64,000 bases of DNA, from the NCBI GenBank assembly GCA_963754105.1, contig CAVWEZ010000007.1, positions 315,383 to 379,382 of the forward strand, written 5' to 3'. Below are positions 61,657 to 64,000 of the stretch, in pieces. The DNA comes from an uncultured Acidobacteriota bacterium (GTDB lineage: Bacteria > Acidobacteriota > Terriglobia > Acidiferrales > UBA7541). Each line of letters opens with the position of its first letter. Positions within the stretch are counted from its first letter, which is position 1. The notes below the pieces were generated by a model, which worked only from the letters and a program-made list of their open reading frames with translations, did not search any database and had not been told where the DNA came from. The position numbers and the translations under genes are program-made.

Positions 61657-61742
61657 GGCTCCTCAACCGCTTTGCGTTGCAATTCTACCCCAGCCTCGGT
61701 CCCTGCCCCGCGATTTCCTATATACTTCTGGTGGGTGCCTGC

Positions 61743-62528
61743 ATGCAGATCAACACCGTCATTGTGGACGACGAACGCCCCGCGCGCGACGAACTGATCT
61801 ACCTTCTGAAGGGTTTTTCCGAGGTCAATGTCGTCGCCCAAGGCAAAAATGGCCTCGAAGCCGTCGCGCTGATCAAGGAGCACGAGCCTGATTTGGTGTT
61901 CCTCGATGTACAGATGCCGGGCCTGGATGGCTTCGCGGTGATCAAAAAATTGATGGAACGCAAGCTGCCGATGCCTCAAATTGTCTTCGCCACGGCCTAC
62001 GATCATTACGCCGTTCAAGCTTTCGAAGTAAACGCCGTGGACTACGTCCTGAAGCCGTTCGACAAGGCGCGCATCGCGCGGGCGCTACAGCGTGCCAAGA
62101 AAATGGTGGATACGCACGCGTCGCACGTCGATCGGCTCGAGGCGCTCGTCGGACAGTTAGGCAAGGGCATGCCCAAGCTGCAGCCCCTGGCGCCCGTGAA
62201 GCTCTTGGTAAAGTCGCAGTCGCGCATGATTCTGATTGATGCGGACGAAATGATTTACGCCTCGATTCAGGATGGCGAGATCACCATATTTTCGCGCGAT
62301 GCGGAGGGCGTCTCGAACTACCGCACGGTGGAGGAGCTGATGGAGTCGCTCGATCCCGGCGTGTTCTGGCGGCCGCACCGCTCGTATCTCGTGAATATCA
62401 ACCACATCAAGGAAGTGATGCCGTGGTTCAAATCGAGTTTCATGTTAAAGATGAACGACAAGCGTGCCAGCGAAATTCCCGTCTCGCGCAACCAGACCAA
62501 GCGCCTGCGCGAGCTGCTGAAGCTGTAG
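61743..62528 (+). CDS. LytR/AlgR family response regulator (REC + LytTR)
   Basis: MQINTVIVDDERPARDEL...PDLVFLDVQMPGLDGF is the REC domain. ...FWRPHRSYLVNINHIKEV... is the LytTR domain. The ORF extension upstream to 61233 is antisense to the NUDIX gene. Confidence 0.9.
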   Translation: MQINTVIVDDERPARDELIYLLKGFSEVNVVAQGKNGLEAVALIKEHEPDLVFLDVQMPGLDGFAVIKKLMERKLPMPQIVFATAYDHYAVQAFEVNAVDYVLKPFDKARIARALQRAKKMVDTHASHVDRLEALVGQLGKGMPKLQPLAPVKLLVKSQSRMILIDADEMIYASIQDGEITIFSRDAEGVSNYRTVEELMESLDPGVFWRPHRSYLVNINHIKEVMPWFKSSFMLKMNDKRASEIPVSRNQTKRLRELLKL

Positions 62529-62640
62529 CGCTTCGCCTTTACCCTCAACTCTCAACTGTGAACTGTGGCCTTCTGTGCTAGCATCGCGTGGAGCATTTCC
62601 TTTTCACATTTCAATCTCCTAGCTGAGGTTTTCCCACAGA

Positions 62641-63829
62641 GTGGCGAAGCGCAAACGAGTTCTAAGCGGCATGAGGCCCACCGGCCGTCTGCATCTCGGC
62701 CATTATTTCGGCGCCCTCCAGAATTGGCTCAAGCTCCAGGAAGAATATGAGTGCTTCTTTTTCGTCGCCGATTGGCACGCGCTGACCACGCATTACGAGG
62801 ACACTTCTTCCATCTCCGAAAACACGCTGCAAGTGGCGATGGATTGGCTCTCGGTCGGGCTCGATCCCGCCAAATCAACGTTGTTTGTCCAGTCGAGCAT
62901 ATTGGAACATGCCGAGCTGTATGTGCTGCTTTCGATGATCACGCCGCTCTCGTGGCTCGAACGCGTCCCAACCTACAAAGAGCAGATCGAGAATCTGAAG
63001 GACCGCGACCTCGGCACCTACGGCTTCCTCGGCTATCCGCTGCTGCAAGCGGCGGACATCGTCATCTACGACGCCGATTTCGTCCCGGTGGGCGAAGATC
63101 AGGTTCCGCACGTGGAGCTGACGCGGGAAATCGTCCGCCGCTTCAACACCACCTTCGGCATGCAAATCTCGAAAGAGTTTTTCGATGATAAAGAAGCTCT
63201 TCGGCGAGTTTTGGATCTCGGACCGCATCATCTGAAAAGGGAATCATATGAGCCGTATGACAGCGTTTACGTCCAGTCTGCGCACGCAGCCGCACACGAG
63301 TCGGGGAATTTCTAACTTCCTTGAAGCTTTGGGAAAATACCGCCGATACTTCAAGTGCAAAGAGGTTCTTCACGAGCCGGGGCATTTGCTCACGCAGACG
63401 CCTCGCTTGCCCGGAACCGACGGCCGGCGCATGGCAAAAAGCTACGGCAATGCGATTTGGCTTAGCGATCCGCCCGACGAAATTCGCGCCAAAGTCCGCA
63501 ACATGATCACGGATCCGCAGCGCCAGCGCCGCACCGATCCGGGGCGGCCGGAAGTTTGCCCCGTTTTCGCGTGGCACAAATTGTTTTCGCCGCCCGAGAC
63601 GATCGCCTGGTCCGACCACGGCTGCCGCACCGCCGGCATCGGCTGCATCGAATGCAAAGCGGCCATGGCGGATAATCTGGTCAAATGGATTGAGCCCGTT
63701 CAAGCACGCCGCAAGGAATTCGAGGCCAATCCGCAGCAAGTTTGGGATATTCTCGATGCGGGCGACAAAAAGGCGCACGCTGCTGCGCGACGCACCATGA
63801 AGCGCGTCCGCACGGCAATATTCAAGTAG
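62641..63829 (+). pseudogene. trpS: Tryptophan--tRNA ligase (long form with insertion and a Cys4 motif); frame interrupted near 63250-63310
   Basis: VLSGMRPTGRLHLGHYFGAL is the HIGH region. ...GYPLLQAADIV...VPVGEDQVPHVELTREIVRRFN follows, and the second frame has LPGTDGRRMAKSYGN (KMSKS-like) and CPVFAW...GCRTAGIGCIECK. Confidence 0.9.
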
Positions 63830-63850
63830 CATGAGGCGCGACAAAGAGAA

Positions 63851-64000
63851 ATGACAGCCATCACTTGGGACGCGAAGCTTTATGACGATAAGCACGCCTT
63901 CGTGTGGGAAAAAGCAAAGGGCGTCGTCGAGCTTCTATCGCCGAAAGCTGGTGAGCGCATTCTGGATCTCGGGTGCGGCACGGGACGCCTGACCGCTGAA
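63851..64000 (+). CDS. Class I SAM-dependent methyltransferase, N-terminal fragment (continues beyond the window)
   Basis: MTAITWDAKLYDDKHAFVWEKAKGVVELLSPKAGERILDLGCGTGRLTAE carries SAM-binding motif I. Confidence 0.6.
   Translation, partial: MTAITWDAKLYDDKHAFVWEKAKGVVELLSPKAGERILDLGCGTGRLTAE

Overview
This is a high-GC (roughly 60%) bacterial chromosomal segment. Gene content and the style of the intergenic repeats suggest an Acidobacteriota-like genome, which is inference only. Most of it is housekeeping.

Main content:
- Nitrogen and central metabolism: two divergent glutamine synthetase genes, an sdhCAB operon, uppS-cdsA, and a quinohemoprotein PQQ alcohol dehydrogenase.
- Iron uptake: an FTR1/DUF2318/FtsX-FtsX-ABC cluster.
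- Translation and transcription: the rimP-nusA-infB-DUF503-rbfA-truB operon, truA, an HPF-like gene and trpS.
- Fluoride module: a fluoride riboswitch candidate followed by crcB and two DUF190 genes.
- tRNA-Lys(UUU) followed by a decayed IS30 transposase remnant and an Nramp transporter.
- Other genes: phoH, meaB, mtnP, a PfkB kinase, PolX and a LytTR response regulator.
- ilvBN preceded by a Leu/Val/Ile-rich leader peptide and a strong terminator.

Non-routine observations:
1. An orphan secretin has a complete seven-blade FG-GAP/VCBS propeller (about 400 aa) inserted inside its secretin domain.
2. A Tat-signal DsrE-like gene reads through an in-frame TGA at the first Cys of a CGAC motif, with a SECIS-like hairpin downstream. 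It is a selenocysteine candidate.
3. Two families of structured GC-rich intergenic repeats show compensatory changes and one nested insertion.
4. There are five PilZ-domain genes in two clusters.
5. A hairpin-rich, U-tract-terminated region lies upstream of truA.

Caveat: about 25-30 clearly conserved genes, including essential ones (infB, nusA, truB, trpS, ilvB), are split by one or more frameshifts, and the breaks cluster in the most GC-rich stretches. I read these as indel-type sequence errors, not biology. Fragments are merged and labelled pseudogene, meaning frame interrupted as sequenced. All domain calls come from reading the translations by eye and no searches were run.
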